A stretch of DNA of 64,000 nt from an uncultured delta proteobacterium (GCA_963808625.1 CAWEHK010000035.1:32001-96000); one strand, 5' to 3'. Shown: positions 29,320-40,174, numbered from the stretch's first letter. Made by a program: numbers and translations. The notes: generated by a model from the letters alone, not told the origin.

Positions 29320-30777
29320 TCACTCCTGCCGATCGCAAGCCCTTCCTTTTAGTTGGAAAAACAGTCTGAGCCCTTTGCGCACCTTCTCCGAGAAGAGCTT
29401 GGGGGCAAGGTATTTGCCCGCGATTCGTTTGTTGATTTCCGCAAGCGTTGGATAGGGGTGCACGGCAGCGGCCAGGGTGGCGAGTTTTACCCTGCCGTTC
29501 AGGACTGCCACCCATTCGGCAAGAAGGTCTCCGGCGTGTGCTCCCAGAATCTGGATGCCGATCGGATTTTCGTGCTCATCCAGGAGCATTTTGATTTTGC
29601 CGGTCGGATCGCCGTCCGCCAGGCTGCGGTCGTTGTTCTGGAACTCTTCGGCCCATACGGAGTAACGTATTCCCGCCAGCCTGGCCTGTTTTTCATTCAT
29701 GCCGATGCTGCCTAGAGCGGGGTCTGTGTAGGTGCACCACGGCAAATAGGAATAGTCGGCCCGGCGCGGGAGGTGGAAAACGGCGTTGCTGAGCACAATT
29801 CCCCCTTCGTAGCCGGCGGCATGGGTGAATTGATAACCGCCGTTGACATCCCCGATCGCATAGATGTGTTTCTGACTGGTGCGCAAACGGGAGTCTACCT
29901 TAACCCCCATCCGGTCGCATGCCACGCCGATGCTTTCGAGTCCAAGGCCGGCGGTATTGGGTGATCTTCCCAGGGCCATCAGGATGGTTTCCGCCTCAAG
30001 CGTGAGAGCTCTACCTTCGTTATCGATAATCGAGACGGCGCGGCAGTGGCCATGGTCTTGAACGGCTTCGATTCTGGCCCCCAGATAGAACTTTACCCCT
30101 TCAGCGTGCAAACGTTCCCTCACCAGATCGGCCATATCCCGGTCCTCTTTCACGAGAATCTGCGGGGCCAGGTCGATCACGTGGATCTCCGACCCGAGAC
30201 GACAAAAGCTCTGGGCCATTTCACAGCCGATGGGCCCGGCCCCCAGGATGATCATCGATTGCGGCAGGCGATCGAGGTAGAAGATTTCCCGGTTGGTCAC
30301 GAAGGGCGTGAAATCGAGACCTTTTATCGGGGGGATGGCCGGGGATGATCCGGTCGCAAGCACCCAGCGTCTCGCCGCGTAGATCGTACCGTTGAGGCGC
30401 ACCGCGTGGTCATCAATAAAGGTCGGGGAGCCGAATAGCACCCTCGCTCCGAGTCGACAGAACCGCTCCTCGGAGTCGTGCTGCTGGATGACGGCAATGA
30501 CCCCGCGGATGCGCTTGACAATTTGCTGAAAATCCACCGGTGCCGTGGTTGCAGGCGGAAGCCCGAAGCGCTCGGCGTGTTTGATGAGATGATAAAGATG
30601 AGCCGACCGGATAAGCGTCTTGCTGGGAACGCACCCGTAGTGCAGGCAATCTCCGCCAAGGTCTTTTTCTTTTTCGATGAGCAGAGTTTTCGCCCCCAGT
30701 TGGGCGGCCCCGGCGGCAACCGTCAAGCCCCCGGCGCCACCCCCGATGATCCCGAGATCGAACTCGTACGCAGCCAT
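29320..30777 (-). CDS. Flavoprotein disulfide reductase (LpdA/MerA-like family)
   Basis: GGGAGG, GGDCLHYGCVPSK redox disulfide, ATGS, GAGPIGCE, YAIGDV and HPYPTLAE. Confidence 0.85.
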   Translation of the reverse strand: MAAYEFDLGIIGGGAGGLTVAAGAAQLGAKTLLIEKEKDLGGDCLHYGCVPSKTLIRSAHLYHLIKHAERFGLPPATTAPVDFQQIVKRIRGVIAVIQQHDSEERFCRLGARVLFGSPTFIDDHAVRLNGTIYAARRWVLATGSSPAIPPIKGLDFTPFVTNREIFYLDRLPQSMIILGAGPIGCEMAQSFCRLGSEIHVIDLAPQILVKEDRDMADLVRERLHAEGVKFYLGARIEAVQDHGHCRAVSIIDNEGRALTLEAETILMALGRSPNTAGLGLESIGVACDRMGVKVDSRLRTSQKHIYAIGDVNGGYQFTHAAGYEGGIVLSNAVFHLPRRADYSYLPWCTYTDPALGSIGMNEKQARLAGIRYSVWAEEFQNNDRSLADGDPTGKIKMLLDEHENPIGIQILGAHAGDLLAEWVAVLNGRVKLATLAAAVHPYPTLAEINKRIAGKYLAPKLFSEKVRKGLRLFFQLKGRACDRQE

Positions 30778-31036
30778 CGTTGCTCCTTTCTTTTGTTTTG
30801 GTGATGATCTCCGGTTGCGCTTACTGGCTAAAATCAGCTAATAATTCATCCCCGTAAAGGTTCGAATGTTTCATTCTCGCGCAAGCGCCGCAGAGGACGC
30901 AGAGACGCCTGCCAGAGGCCTTTCTCCGCGATCTCCGTGCCTCCGCGCGAAATTGAGAGTGAAAGTTCTCAAGCCAAACCAGTATAGCTGGAAAATGGCA
31001 GGCAGAGCTCAGAAGTCGGATTCAAAAAGAAAAGCG

Positions 31037-31495
31037 ATGCGACTGATGGAAATACAAAGTGACCTCAAGAAAGCGTACGAAGCCAGCGTAACCACCTCCT
31101 GGGCCATGATTGTGATCCTGGTGCTTTGCCCAATCGTGGTCGAGATCGTCAGGATGTTCAACGCGCCCTTCACGGGATTTGCCCCTCAGGCTGCAACGCG
31201 AATCAAAGACTTCGTCTACGGACTGGCAATCCTTTTGCCCCTCTGCATAAGGACGATACGAAAAGCAATACTGAAGCGGAGCCGTTTTTCAGACGGGGAG
31301 AATTTGACCGGCAAACTGCGAACGGCCTCAACCATCACGGTCTTGATTGCCGAAATGCCGGCGATTTTGGGGTTGGTGCTGTTTCTCATGGGTGGTTTCT
31401 ACCGCGAATTCTATATTGCTCTCGCCTATTCCGTGCTGGTGTTGGTCGCCTATTTTCCCCGCTACCGCCATTGGGAGAAGCCCTTTGCATTCTAG
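31037..31495 (+). CDS. Hypothetical 4-TM membrane protein
   Basis: Four hydrophobic segments; AEMPAILGLVLFL...YFPR; start uncertain. Confidence 0.6.
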   Translation: MRLMEIQSDLKKAYEASVTTSWAMIVILVLCPIVVEIVRMFNAPFTGFAPQAATRIKDFVYGLAILLPLCIRTIRKAILKRSRFSDGENLTGKLRTASTITVLIAEMPAILGLVLFLMGGFYREFYIALAYSVLVLVAYFPRYRHWEKPFAF

Positions 31496-31813
31496 CTTCT
31501 CGGCGATCGGCAAAGAAGGAAAATTTCGTCCCGGGGGATGGTGCAAGGTGTGGACCCTCAACGGTTTCTGCAAAAGTCCCCAGCAGAGTGCCATTCAAAA
31601 AGAAATGAATTTGCTTTACGCCTGGGATACTATGCTGTACGAGTCGCGTCTGAGTCACGCATGATCCGTGCGTAGAAGATGGCGGCAGAAGGAAGAGGGG
31701 TGCGGGTGAGGATAAATCGTTCGTGCCGGGTCCAATCTCCTCGGTTTTATGTGCACCAGTGGTTTGACCGTGTTTTGGGCGAGCGGGTAAGTTCGGGGAT
31801 ATGGGGGGAGTCG

Positions 31814-31996
31814 ATGAGCGAGAGGAATTATCGAAACGTGATCGGGTTAGCGTTGGCAGCATTGGTTTTATTCTGCTCCGGCTGTGCCAACACGGAATCC
31901 TTCAGGGGCTTCGCCGTGGGCCCACCGAGTGACTTCTATTGCACTGTGGATAACCGGTCACCATTCCCGCCCTATTGTCATCCCGATCACTGGTAA
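31814..31996 (+). CDS. Small putative lipoprotein (60 aa)
   Basis: RBS GGGGAG; basic N-terminus, hydrophobic core and CSGC lipobox. Confidence 0.5.
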   Translation: MSERNYRNVIGLALAALVLFCSGCANTESFRGFAVGPPSDFYCTVDNRSPFPPYCHPDHW

Positions 31997-32135
31997 GGCA
32001 CTGTCCAAAAACAACTTGCACTCATTTCAGCCCTTTTTCGAACCACGAAGAACACGAAGAGCACGAAGAGCACGAAGAAATCACTTCGTGTTCTTCGTGG
32101 TAAAAGAAGGCCTTTTATTTTTGGACGCCCCCTAA
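31994..32135. repeat. MITE-like element with a 9-mer tandem repeat core (CACGAAGAR)
   Basis: Ends TAAGGCACTGTCCAAAAA / TTTTTGGACGCCCCCTAA enclose ACCACGAAGAACACGAAGAGCACGAAG... and its inverse; the same 9-mer occurs at 48197-48222. Confidence 0.55.
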
Positions 32136-32249
32136 GGCAACCGCGCGTCGTGCAAGAGGAGGGAAGGCGCCGGCATTTATCCGGCGACCGTTGCACCCCA
32201 ACGCAATTATCGGTCAGCTTTACAGCGAGAGCATTGCGTAAGGTCTTGC

Positions 32250-32759
32250 CTACCAGCGATTGCGGTGGACGCGGTCCGCTCGGAAGCGATCTTCGGGTTT
32301 CAGGGTTTGCGCAGGATATCCCATCACCACCAGTGCCAGAGGAATGACCTTCTCCGGGAGATTACAGAGCTTCCTGAATCCTGCGACCCGGTCCTCCATT
32401 GGGGTGATGCCGGTCCAGACCGCGCCAAGACCTTTCCCGTGAGCGGCAAGAAGCATATTTTGAGTGGCCGCCGAACAGTCCTGCACCCAGTAGCCCGGAT
32501 ACTTTTCCAGCGCCAGGTCAGCGCAGATCAAAATCGCCAACGGCGCCTCTCGAGCCATTGCGGCATAGGGGTTGAGACTGGGAACCTTGCCAAGGATCTC
32601 CCGGTCGGTAATGACGACAAAATGCCACGGCTGCTGATTCCCTGCCGAGGGTGCACTCATCGCCGCTGCGAGAAGTTCTTCAACCAGTTCAGCAGGAACT
32701 GGCTTCTGTTAAAACTTACGGATACTTCGTCGCGTGTGTATCGCTTCAATCACGTCCAT
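32250..32759 (-). pseudogene. Nitroreductase-family gene with in-frame TAA at codon 17 (32709-32711)
   Basis: MDVIEAIHTRRSIRKF*QKPVP...AMSAPSAGNQQPWHF...QDCSAATQNMLLAAHGKGLGAVW; RBS GGAGG. Confidence 0.85.
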
Positions 32760-33264
32760 TGTTCATTACCCTCCATTGAGTTCCTCTATGGCCTTTTTCG
32801 GTGACTGTTTTTGCCGCACATCGTCTCACAACCGACTGCCCAATCATCGTCTTAACAACAAATGCACAGTCATGGTCTTAGTAACAACTGCACAATTCTG
32901 TCATTTCGAGCATCATAGGACATCTATGCCCTCAGTTCGAGAAAAGAATCGGACTTCTCATCTTGGAGCCTGTTTCAGTTTGAATCCCTCTCATAGTCGA
33001 TCACCCACTTTTGAGGAATCCCTCCATTCCTTGCTTGAATTTGACCTCAAGCTCCTTCATATTGGGGCCACCCGATGCCATTTGACCATTGATTCACCAT
33101 AACCCTTATTCGGAGGGTCTAGGATGCAAAGGAGTTCAGTACAACCCGACTTTTTGCTTCGACTTCGCGTCGGAAAAACTCCTCATCGTTAGGTGCTTTG
33201 AGCGTGCCAGGGGTACGTGGGGAAGAGGAACAGTCGATTGAGCAAGACGCCTTTAGAAACCATA

Positions 33265-33742
33265 GAAAGCTCTCAACCAAGCGGTGAGGCGCAATCCCGA
33301 CCGGTTCCCTGCCGACTTTGTGTTTCAACTCAAGCCGGAGGAGGCGAACATAATAGTCCTTTCAAGGTCACAATCTGTGACCTTGAAGCGGGGTCAAAAT
33401 ATCAAGTACCTGCCCTATGCTTTCACGGAACACGGGGCGATTATGGCGGCCAACGTGCTCAATAGTCCGCGCGCCGTTCAGATGAGCGTCTTTGTGGTGC
33501 GGGCGTTTGTAAAAATGCGCAGGCTCCTGGGCAACACCCGCGAGCTGGCGAATCGTCTGGCGGCATTGGAAAAGGAGCTCAAAGAGCGCCTGGACGTTCA
33601 CGAAACTGCTATTGTGGATATTCTCCAGCGCATCATGGATCTGATCAACCCGCCTGCCCCGCCCGACCCTCCTCCGCGCAAGTCCATCGGTTCTCATGCC
33701 AAGGAACGCTCCGCCAAGTACCAGTTTAAGAGGAAGAAGTGA
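33265..33742 (+). pseudogene. ORF6N (KilA-N-like) DNA-binding domain gene, 5'-truncated
   Basis: ALNQAVRRNPDRFPADFVFQL, LPYAFTEHGAIMAANVLNS.RAVQMSVFVVRAFV; the usual N-terminal part is missing. Confidence 0.75.
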
Positions 33743-34168
33743 TGAGTCTGACACCCGAACAGAGCCAGGAACTGATCGGGCTTCTAGAAAACGGAGAGGA
33801 GCTTTCCCCGAGTGGGCCCGTGTCCTGTTTCCACCGGAAAAGCGGGAATACGAGCTGGTCTACCACGGCAAGGAGCGCGAGGAAAAGATCATCGCTGATA
33901 CCCTCGCCGTACCCCTCCAGCCGGTCCGCACTTTCGGGCGCAACGACGCCGACTGGCACAACATGCTGATATTCGGCGACAACCTTCAGGCGATGAAGAC
34001 GCTCCTGGAAATGAAGAAGGAAGGCTAACTTTGCAATGCGGATGGGACGCCGGGCGTACGACTGATCTACATTGATCCGCAGGACTTCAACAAGTTCTTC
34101 ATCAAACTGCGAAAGGACGACCTGCAGGGTTTTCGGTCGGAACTGGATGTCGCGTTGGGACAGTACTG
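33742..34168 (+). pseudogene. Type III restriction-modification methyltransferase (mod) remnant
   Basis: EYELVYHGKERE...WHNMLIFGDNLQAMKTL...G*LCNADGTPGVRLIYIDP; one frameshift, one stop, and it breaks off inside the DPP(Y/F) motif. Confidence 0.7.
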
Positions 34169-34337
34169 AAGAGACCAATGGTGATGGCTACTGAACATTG
34201 AACGGAACTCACGGATAGTCATTACAGGGTCATCGTTGTCACAAGAAGAAACCATGCATAACTCCTTCGCCAGTTCATCGGTGGTTCCCGCTCAACCCGG
34301 GTCATGATGGGGCGGTGTCAGGAAAGGTACCCAAGTC

Positions 34338-34859
34338 GTGGAAGATTCAACAAACCGGAAATCAGCAGTGGAACAAGCAGGAGAGGATCTATTCAACTTT
34401 GCGGTTGACCGTGAGGATATCAAGACGCTGCTGGCAGCGCTGCCCAGCGAGACCGACATCGAACGGGGTAAGGTTGAATACGAGCTCGGGATACTGAGAA
34501 TTATCAGCGTAGGCTGGAGCATATCCTACTTTCTTGAACACTCCCCATACAAGAATCGCCTAGCGGAACTCTACTGGAACGCTGTTCAGGAAATGTCGCA
34601 AAGCATATCTTCGACAGCCGGGCTGATGGTCGGCAAGGAAATCGATTATTTCCAGATCCTGAAAGCTCGTTTAGATATGTACGTGGAAGCTATGCGCCAA
34701 AGGCCCGATGCTCCTGAACCGGCGGTGGTCATAGGGCCGGTATTTGCCGGGGCCTGCGGCAATGTGAATAATGTCTATGCGGTCCTGACCGGGACCAAGA
34801 TGTTCATCGCTGCAGTGGGTAGTGTTAAGGCCTACCTCGAAGCGATGGAGCCGCAGTAG
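34338..34859 (+). CDS. Hypothetical protein
   Basis: 173-aa ORF with protein-like composition; no motif recognised. Confidence 0.6.
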   Translation: MEDSTNRKSAVEQAGEDLFNFAVDREDIKTLLAALPSETDIERGKVEYELGILRIISVGWSISYFLEHSPYKNRLAELYWNAVQEMSQSISSTAGLMVGKEIDYFQILKARLDMYVEAMRQRPDAPEPAVVIGPVFAGACGNVNNVYAVLTGTKMFIAAVGSVKAYLEAMEPQ

Positions 34860-34861
34860 GC

Positions 34862-34888
34862 GTTCCCAAGCTGGAGCTTGGGAACGAG
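34862..34888. repeat. Palindrome family E (GTTCCCAAGCTGGAGCTTGGGAAC)
   Basis: Larger composite copies at 48240-48380 and 58426-58567. Confidence 0.8.
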
Positions 34889-34976
34889 CGTAACTTATCG
34901 TTTTCTCTGTGTCCTCTGTGGTGAATGTTTGGTTGCGGCTTTTGGTTGCGCTGTGCATCCAGTGGAAGGAACAACC

Positions 34977-37900
34977 ATGAAGAAGATGATGCTCTTGGCG
35001 GTAATCACCTGGGCGTTTCTGAACGGCAGCCTTGCCGCTCTGGCAGGGGTTCCGGATACGAACACCATTCCGTCGGAACTCGAGAGATGGAAACCGTGGG
35101 TGCTGCATGGCAAGGAGGCGCACTTCTGCCCGATCACCTACAATAACGGGGAAGCCTTCCAATGTCTTTGGCAGTCGCGGTTGCAGCTTGCGCTGGATCA
35201 GCAGGGGGGCCGTTTCACTCAGGAATGGCAGGTCTTCGTTAAGGAGTGGGTGGTCCTGCCGGGAGGTCCGAACCTCTGGCCCCGCGAGGTTAAGGTCGAC
35301 GGGAAGGCCGTTCCGGTGGTCGCGCGCAACGATCTCCCCATGGTGCTCCTCGCGCCCGGAAGACACGCCGTCGAAGGTTCCTTCAAGTGGGGCGAAATGC
35401 CGGAAATGATCAATGTCCCTGCGGCAAGCGGCCTGGTCTCGCTTTCCATCAATGGTCAGGCAACGAGGCTGCCGCTTCTTGACGATGCCGGTCGCCTCTG
35501 GTTGCAGCAGCGTGCTGCTGCGGGGAGTCAGGAAGACCGGATGGAGGTCAGGATTTATCGGCTGCTTGACGACACCATCCCGATGCAGGTGACCAATCTC
35601 GTGAAGATCAATATCTCGGGGCAGGCCCGGGAAGTGAAGCTGGATGGCATCCTGCTCGAAAGAGCTTTGCCCCTGAGCATGCAGAGCCTGCTTCCGGCAA
35701 GACTCGGCCCGTCCGGTGAATTGTTGCTTCAGGCCCGTCCCGGCCAATGGGAAGTCCGGATCGTGACGCGTTTCGATGACCCGATTCGGGAGCTCGGGCC
35801 CGTAAGGGGAACCTATGGGCAGGAAGTGTGGGCCTTCGCGGCGCAGAATCAACTGCGCATGGTTCAAATCGATGGGGTGCCCGGAGTCGACCCTAAACAG
35901 ACGGACGCTCCGAAGGAATGGGAAAAGTATCCCACCTTCATTGTGCAGCCCGGTGTGGTGATGGTCTTTAAAGAAATCCGGCGCGGTGATCCTGATCCGG
36001 CTCCCGATATGCTCAACCTGAAGCGCACCTGGTGGCTTGATTTTGCGGGGACCGGTTTCACGATCCGGGACCAGATTGACGGAACCATGAGCCGACAGTG
36101 GTATCTCGCCATGAATCCGCCGGGGATTCTCGGGCGTGTGTCGGTGGATGGAGCAGACCAGCTCATCACCAGCCAGGGGCCGGAAAAGAAACCCGGCGTG
36201 GAACTCCGCAAGGGGCGGTTGGATCTGGTAGCGGAATCCAGATATGAAGCATCGTGCCAAATGCTTCCTGCGGTTGGTTGGGACCACGACTTTCAGTCCG
36301 TTTCGGGAGTGCTCAATCTGCCTCCAGGGTGGCGGCTCCTGACCGCCAGCGGCGTGGACGTCATGCCGGGGACCTGGTTTGAGCAGTGGACCCTCCTGGA
36401 CCTCTTTCTGGTATTGATCATTGCGCTGGCGGTGTTCAAATTGTGGAACACCCGCTGGGGCCTGCTGGCTCTGGCAACGCTTGCCCTCACCTACCATGAG
36501 CCGGGGGCGCCGCGGATGGTCTGGCTCTGCCTGCTGGCCGCCCTGGCCTTGCTGCGCTTTCTCCCGGTAGGATGGGCGAGGAGATGGGTGGGCGTCTTCC
36601 GCCTGGTGGCTCTGGTTTCCCTGCTGGTGATCGCGATTCCCTTTATGGTGCAACAAATCCGCTGGGGGATTTACCCCCAACTGGAAACTCCAAGGGCGAG
36701 TCGGGGCTTCGTGGCGGACCTGGTGGGGCTGGCACCGGCGCCCCAAATCCTGGAAGAAAAAGCAGAGGCTCCGGCGCCTGCGGCACGGAAACGCACGGCA
36801 GCCGCTCCTGCTCGATTGCCGACAGAAGGCGCCGCCGACATGCCTGACGTCCTCAAGGAAAAAACCGCCCTCACTCAAGATCCCAAAGCCCTGATCCAAA
36901 CCGGCCCCGGTCTCCCCACCTGGTCCTGGCGTGCCATTGCCATGAAGTGGAATGGTCCCGTAGCCCGGAGTCAGGAAGTTCGCCTCTGGCTGATGTCGCC
37001 TGCGGTGAACCTGATTCTGGCGTTTCTGCGGGTGGTGCTGCTGGCGCTTCTGGTCTTTCGGATGCTCGACCTTCGTCACTGGAAGGAACGCGGCAGAACG
37101 TTGAACCTCTCGGCTGGGATACTATTCGCTTTGCTCTTCCTGCCGCAAGGGGTGAACGCAGACAACTCCGGCATCAGTTTTCCCCCACCGGAACTCCTTC
37201 AGCAACTTCAGGACCGCCTTCTGGAACCGCCGGACTGCCTGCCCAACTGTGCGGAAAGCCCCAGCATGGAGGTTGATTTGACGGCGGAAGGTTTGCGGGT
37301 CCTGTTCCAAATTCACGCCGCGACGGAAACGGCTGTGCCTCTGCCAGGGAACACCAAAGCCTGGCTGCCGGAAAAGGTGCTTCTGAATGATCAACCTGCC
37401 GACGGGCTCATGCGGGACAAGGATGGACTGCTGTGGATGCTCATTCCCGCAGGCGTCCACAACGTGACGTTGAGTGGCAAAGCCCCGGCTGGGGATACCT
37501 TCCAACTGCCGCTGCCGCTAAGACCTCGTCAGGCGAAGGTGGTCAGCCCCGGTTGGGACGTTCAGGGTCTCCACCGGGACGGGCAAGTCGAAGCCAGCAT
37601 TCAACTGACTCGTCAAAGGAAAGAAGACTCACGGACGGAGGATTGGACGGGAAACGCCGTGCCGCCCTTTCTCCGCATCGAACGGGAGTTGTCGCTGGGA
37701 TTGAGTTGGCAGGTTTTCACGACCGTGCGACGGGTGACACCGGCGGGGACACCTGTCGTTGCGGCGGTGCCGCTGCTTGCCGGAGAATCGGTAACAACCT
37801 CCGGAATCCGTGTGGCTGACGGCAAGGCGCTCATCAATATGGAGCCCGGCACGAGCGAGATCACGTGGAATGCGACGCTGGAGCGTCAGCCTGAGCTCCG

Positions 37901-39056
37901 GTTGCAGGCCACTTCCGGCGATGGTGGGGTTTCGTGGAGCGAAACCTGGATTTTGGATGCCAGCCCGATATGGCATTGCGAACTGGCAGGAATTCCGGTG
38001 ATTCACCATCAGGACCGGGCGGGATTCTGGAAACCCCAGTGGCAGCCCTGGCCGGGGGAAAGCGTTACGATCACGGTGACGCGACCGGAAGCCATTCCCG
38101 GACAGCTGGTTACCATCGACGAGGCCCGGCTGCTGTTAGTTCCCGGGGAGCGCTTCAACAAGGAAAGTCTGGCGCTTACCATCCGCACCAGCCAGGGCGG
38201 ACAGCACAGCATCACTCTGCCTCGGGAGGCAAACCTTCAGCAGGTACAGATCAATGGCAAAACGCAACCCATCAAGCAGCAGGGAAGGGCGGTTATGGTG
38301 CCCTTGCAGCCGGGAGCTCAGAACGTCTCCCTGGAATGGCATCAGGATCGAACGGCTTCAGTCTTGACGGTGGGGCCCGAGGTGGAGGTGGGTGGTGCGG
38401 AACAACGTGCGGTCAACGCGAACGTGACGTTCAATATGGAAAATAACCGGTGGATTTTATGGACGGGGGGACCCAGGCTGGGACCGGCGGTGTTGTTTTG
38501 GAGCTACCTGCTGGCAGTCATTCTGGCCGCTTTCGGGCTGGGAAAAATCCCGTGGACGCCTCTCAAAACCCACCACTGGCTCTTGCTGGGTTTGGGACTC
38601 ACGCAGGTGGAACCGCTCGTGGCCATCATGATCGTTGGCTGGCTGCTGGCTCTTGGTTTGCGAGAGCGATATTCCTTTCTGGAAGGCTCGGTCTATTTCA
38701 ATTTGATCCAGTTGATGCTGGTGGCCTGGACCGTGGCGGCCATGGGAGGCCTGTACCTTTCCATTGAAAAAGGCCTGCTTGGAATTCCAAATATGCAGAT
38801 TGCCGGCAACGGATCATCGGATTTCGTGCTCCACTGGACTCATGATCGCATCGGTTCGACCATGCCCCAGCCCTGGGTGCTGTCCCTGCCGATGTTCGTG
38901 TACCGCATCCTGATGCTCGTGTGGGCGCTGTGGCTGGTGCAGGCCTTGCTCAGATGGCTGAGTTGGGGATGGCAATGCTTCAGCAAAGGAGGATTGTGGC
39001 GCAAGGTATCTTTGCGCCACGTCAAACAGCACCCCGGAGGGCACAACGAAGCATGA
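34977..39056 (+). CDS. Giant (~1360 aa) exported multi-pass membrane protein of unknown function, internally duplicated
   Basis: ATG at 34977 with RBS GGAAGGA; signal peptide; two beta-rich regions, each followed by a TM bundle. Confidence 0.75.
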   Translation: MKKMMLLAVITWAFLNGSLAALAGVPDTNTIPSELERWKPWVLHGKEAHFCPITYNNGEAFQCLWQSRLQLALDQQGGRFTQEWQVFVKEWVVLPGGPNLWPREVKVDGKAVPVVARNDLPMVLLAPGRHAVEGSFKWGEMPEMINVPAASGLVSLSINGQATRLPLLDDAGRLWLQQRAAAGSQEDRMEVRIYRLLDDTIPMQVTNLVKINISGQAREVKLDGILLERALPLSMQSLLPARLGPSGELLLQARPGQWEVRIVTRFDDPIRELGPVRGTYGQEVWAFAAQNQLRMVQIDGVPGVDPKQTDAPKEWEKYPTFIVQPGVVMVFKEIRRGDPDPAPDMLNLKRTWWLDFAGTGFTIRDQIDGTMSRQWYLAMNPPGILGRVSVDGADQLITSQGPEKKPGVELRKGRLDLVAESRYEASCQMLPAVGWDHDFQSVSGVLNLPPGWRLLTASGVDVMPGTWFEQWTLLDLFLVLIIALAVFKLWNTRWGLLALATLALTYHEPGAPRMVWLCLLAALALLRFLPVGWARRWVGVFRLVALVSLLVIAIPFMVQQIRWGIYPQLETPRASRGFVADLVGLAPAPQILEEKAEAPAPAARKRTAAAPARLPTEGAADMPDVLKEKTALTQDPKALIQTGPGLPTWSWRAIAMKWNGPVARSQEVRLWLMSPAVNLILAFLRVVLLALLVFRMLDLRHWKERGRTLNLSAGILFALLFLPQGVNADNSGISFPPPELLQQLQDRLLEPPDCLPNCAESPSMEVDLTAEGLRVLFQIHAATETAVPLPGNTKAWLPEKVLLNDQPADGLMRDKDGLLWMLIPAGVHNVTLSGKAPAGDTFQLPLPLRPRQAKVVSPGWDVQGLHRDGQVEASIQLTRQRKEDSRTEDWTGNAVPPFLRIERELSLGLSWQVFTTVRRVTPAGTPVVAAVPLLAGESVTTSGIRVADGKALINMEPGTSEITWNATLERQPELRLQATSGDGGVSWSETWILDASPIWHCELAGIPVIHHQDRAGFWKPQWQPWPGESVTITVTRPEAIPGQLVTIDEARLLLVPGERFNKESLALTIRTSQGGQHSITLPREANLQQVQINGKTQPIKQQGRAVMVPLQPGAQNVSLEWHQDRTASVLTVGPEVEVGGAEQRAVNANVTFNMENNRWILWTGGPRLGPAVLFWSYLLAVILAAFGLGKIPWTPLKTHHWLLLGLGLTQVEPLVAIMIVGWLLALGLRERYSFLEGSVYFNLIQLMLVAWTVAAMGGLYLSIEKGLLGIPNMQIAGNGSSDFVLHWTHDRIGSTMPQPWVLSLPMFVYRILMLVWALWLVQALLRWLSWGWQCFSKGGLWRKVSLRHVKQHPGGHNEA

Positions 39057-40174
39057 GGACAGGAGATTCCCGACCCTTGGTTCATCTTGCTGCGGCTGCC
39101 GACCAGTTCGTCCCGCAGGGCCGGGTGGTCCACATCCAGGAATATGGCAAGGGCAATGTCCATGACACTTTCCTGGTAACCCTGGAATCAGAAGGAGATG
39201 AGCATTTCCTCCTGCAGCGCATGAACCGGCACGTCTTTCCTCAGCCGGACCTGGTCATGAGGAACCTGCGCATCTACACCGAGCATGCGCGCAAGCGCCT
39301 GGATCGAGCTCCTCTGAATTCCGGGCGCCGCTGGGAGACGCCGCGTGTGCTTTTGACAGACGATGGCCGGGACCATTGGCTCGACCCCGAGAGGTCGTTC
39401 TGGCGCGCGCTCAGCTTCATTGAGGCGGCGCAGTCGTTTGACACCATCCAGGATATGGAGCATGCAAGAGAAGTCGGCACGGCGTTGGGCATGTTCCACC
39501 GTCTCATCAACGACCTGCCCACCGAAAGTCTGGTCGATACCCTGGAAGGGTTCCACATAGCGCCCCGCTATCTTTGCCACTATGACGAAGTTCTGGCGAA
39601 AAATGTTGTGCGCCGGACTCCCGAAGTCGATTACTGCGCGCAATTTGTGAACGAGCGAAGGGCCTTCGTGCCCGTGCTCGAATCCGCCAAAGCCCGGGGC
39701 CGACTGCGTCTTCGCCCCATTCACGGCGATCCCAAGGTCAACAACGTCATGATCGACAACGCCACCGGGCAGGCCGTGAGCATCATCGACCTGGACACGA
39801 TTAAGCCCGGACTGGTGCATTATGATATCGGCGACTGCCTGCGGTCGTGCTGCAATCCCCTGGGAGAAGAAACCGAGCGGTGGGAGCTGGTGCGCTTTGA
39901 ACCCGACCTGTGCCGGACCATTTTGCAGGGCTATCTCGCGTTGGCACACGCGTTCCTCACCGCCAACGACCATGAATATCTGTTTGATGCGATCCGTCTG
40001 ATCGCTTTCGAACTTGGCCTTAGGTTCTTTACCGACTATCTGGAAGGCAGTGTGTACTTCAAGGCCAGGCGCCCGGAACACAATCTTGCTAGGGCGTTGG
40101 TTCAATTCAAACTCTGCGAGAGTATCGAAGCTCAGGAAAAAACCATTCGTGCCGTCATCCAGGACACGCGATGA
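39053..40174 (+). CDS. APH/choline-kinase-fold phosphotransferase (N-acetylhexosamine 1-kinase-like)
   Basis: G.GNVHDTF, LLQRMN..VF, IHGDPKVNNVM, IIDLDT.KPG...YDIGDCLRS, ELGLRFFTDYL.G..YFK; ATGA overlap with the upstream gene. Confidence 0.8.
   Translation: MRTGDSRPLVHLAAAADQFVPQGRVVHIQEYGKGNVHDTFLVTLESEGDEHFLLQRMNRHVFPQPDLVMRNLRIYTEHARKRLDRAPLNSGRRWETPRVLLTDDGRDHWLDPERSFWRALSFIEAAQSFDTIQDMEHAREVGTALGMFHRLINDLPTESLVDTLEGFHIAPRYLCHYDEVLAKNVVRRTPEVDYCAQFVNERRAFVPVLESAKARGRLRLRPIHGDPKVNNVMIDNATGQAVSIIDLDTIKPGLVHYDIGDCLRSCCNPLGEETERWELVRFEPDLCRTILQGYLALAHAFLTANDHEYLFDAIRLIAFELGLRFFTDYLEGSVYFKARRPEHNLARALVQFKLCESIEAQEKTIRAVIQDTR

Noticed and set aside
29320..30777. Mercuric reductase merA
   Set aside because: No N-terminal HMA domain, no C-terminal Cys-Cys pair and no mer operon genes.
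34671..37079. Long antisense ORFs (also 23-679, 1982-3442, 40834-42717, 58321-59778)
   Set aside because: These are shadow frames of GC-rich genes on the opposite strand with no protein motifs.
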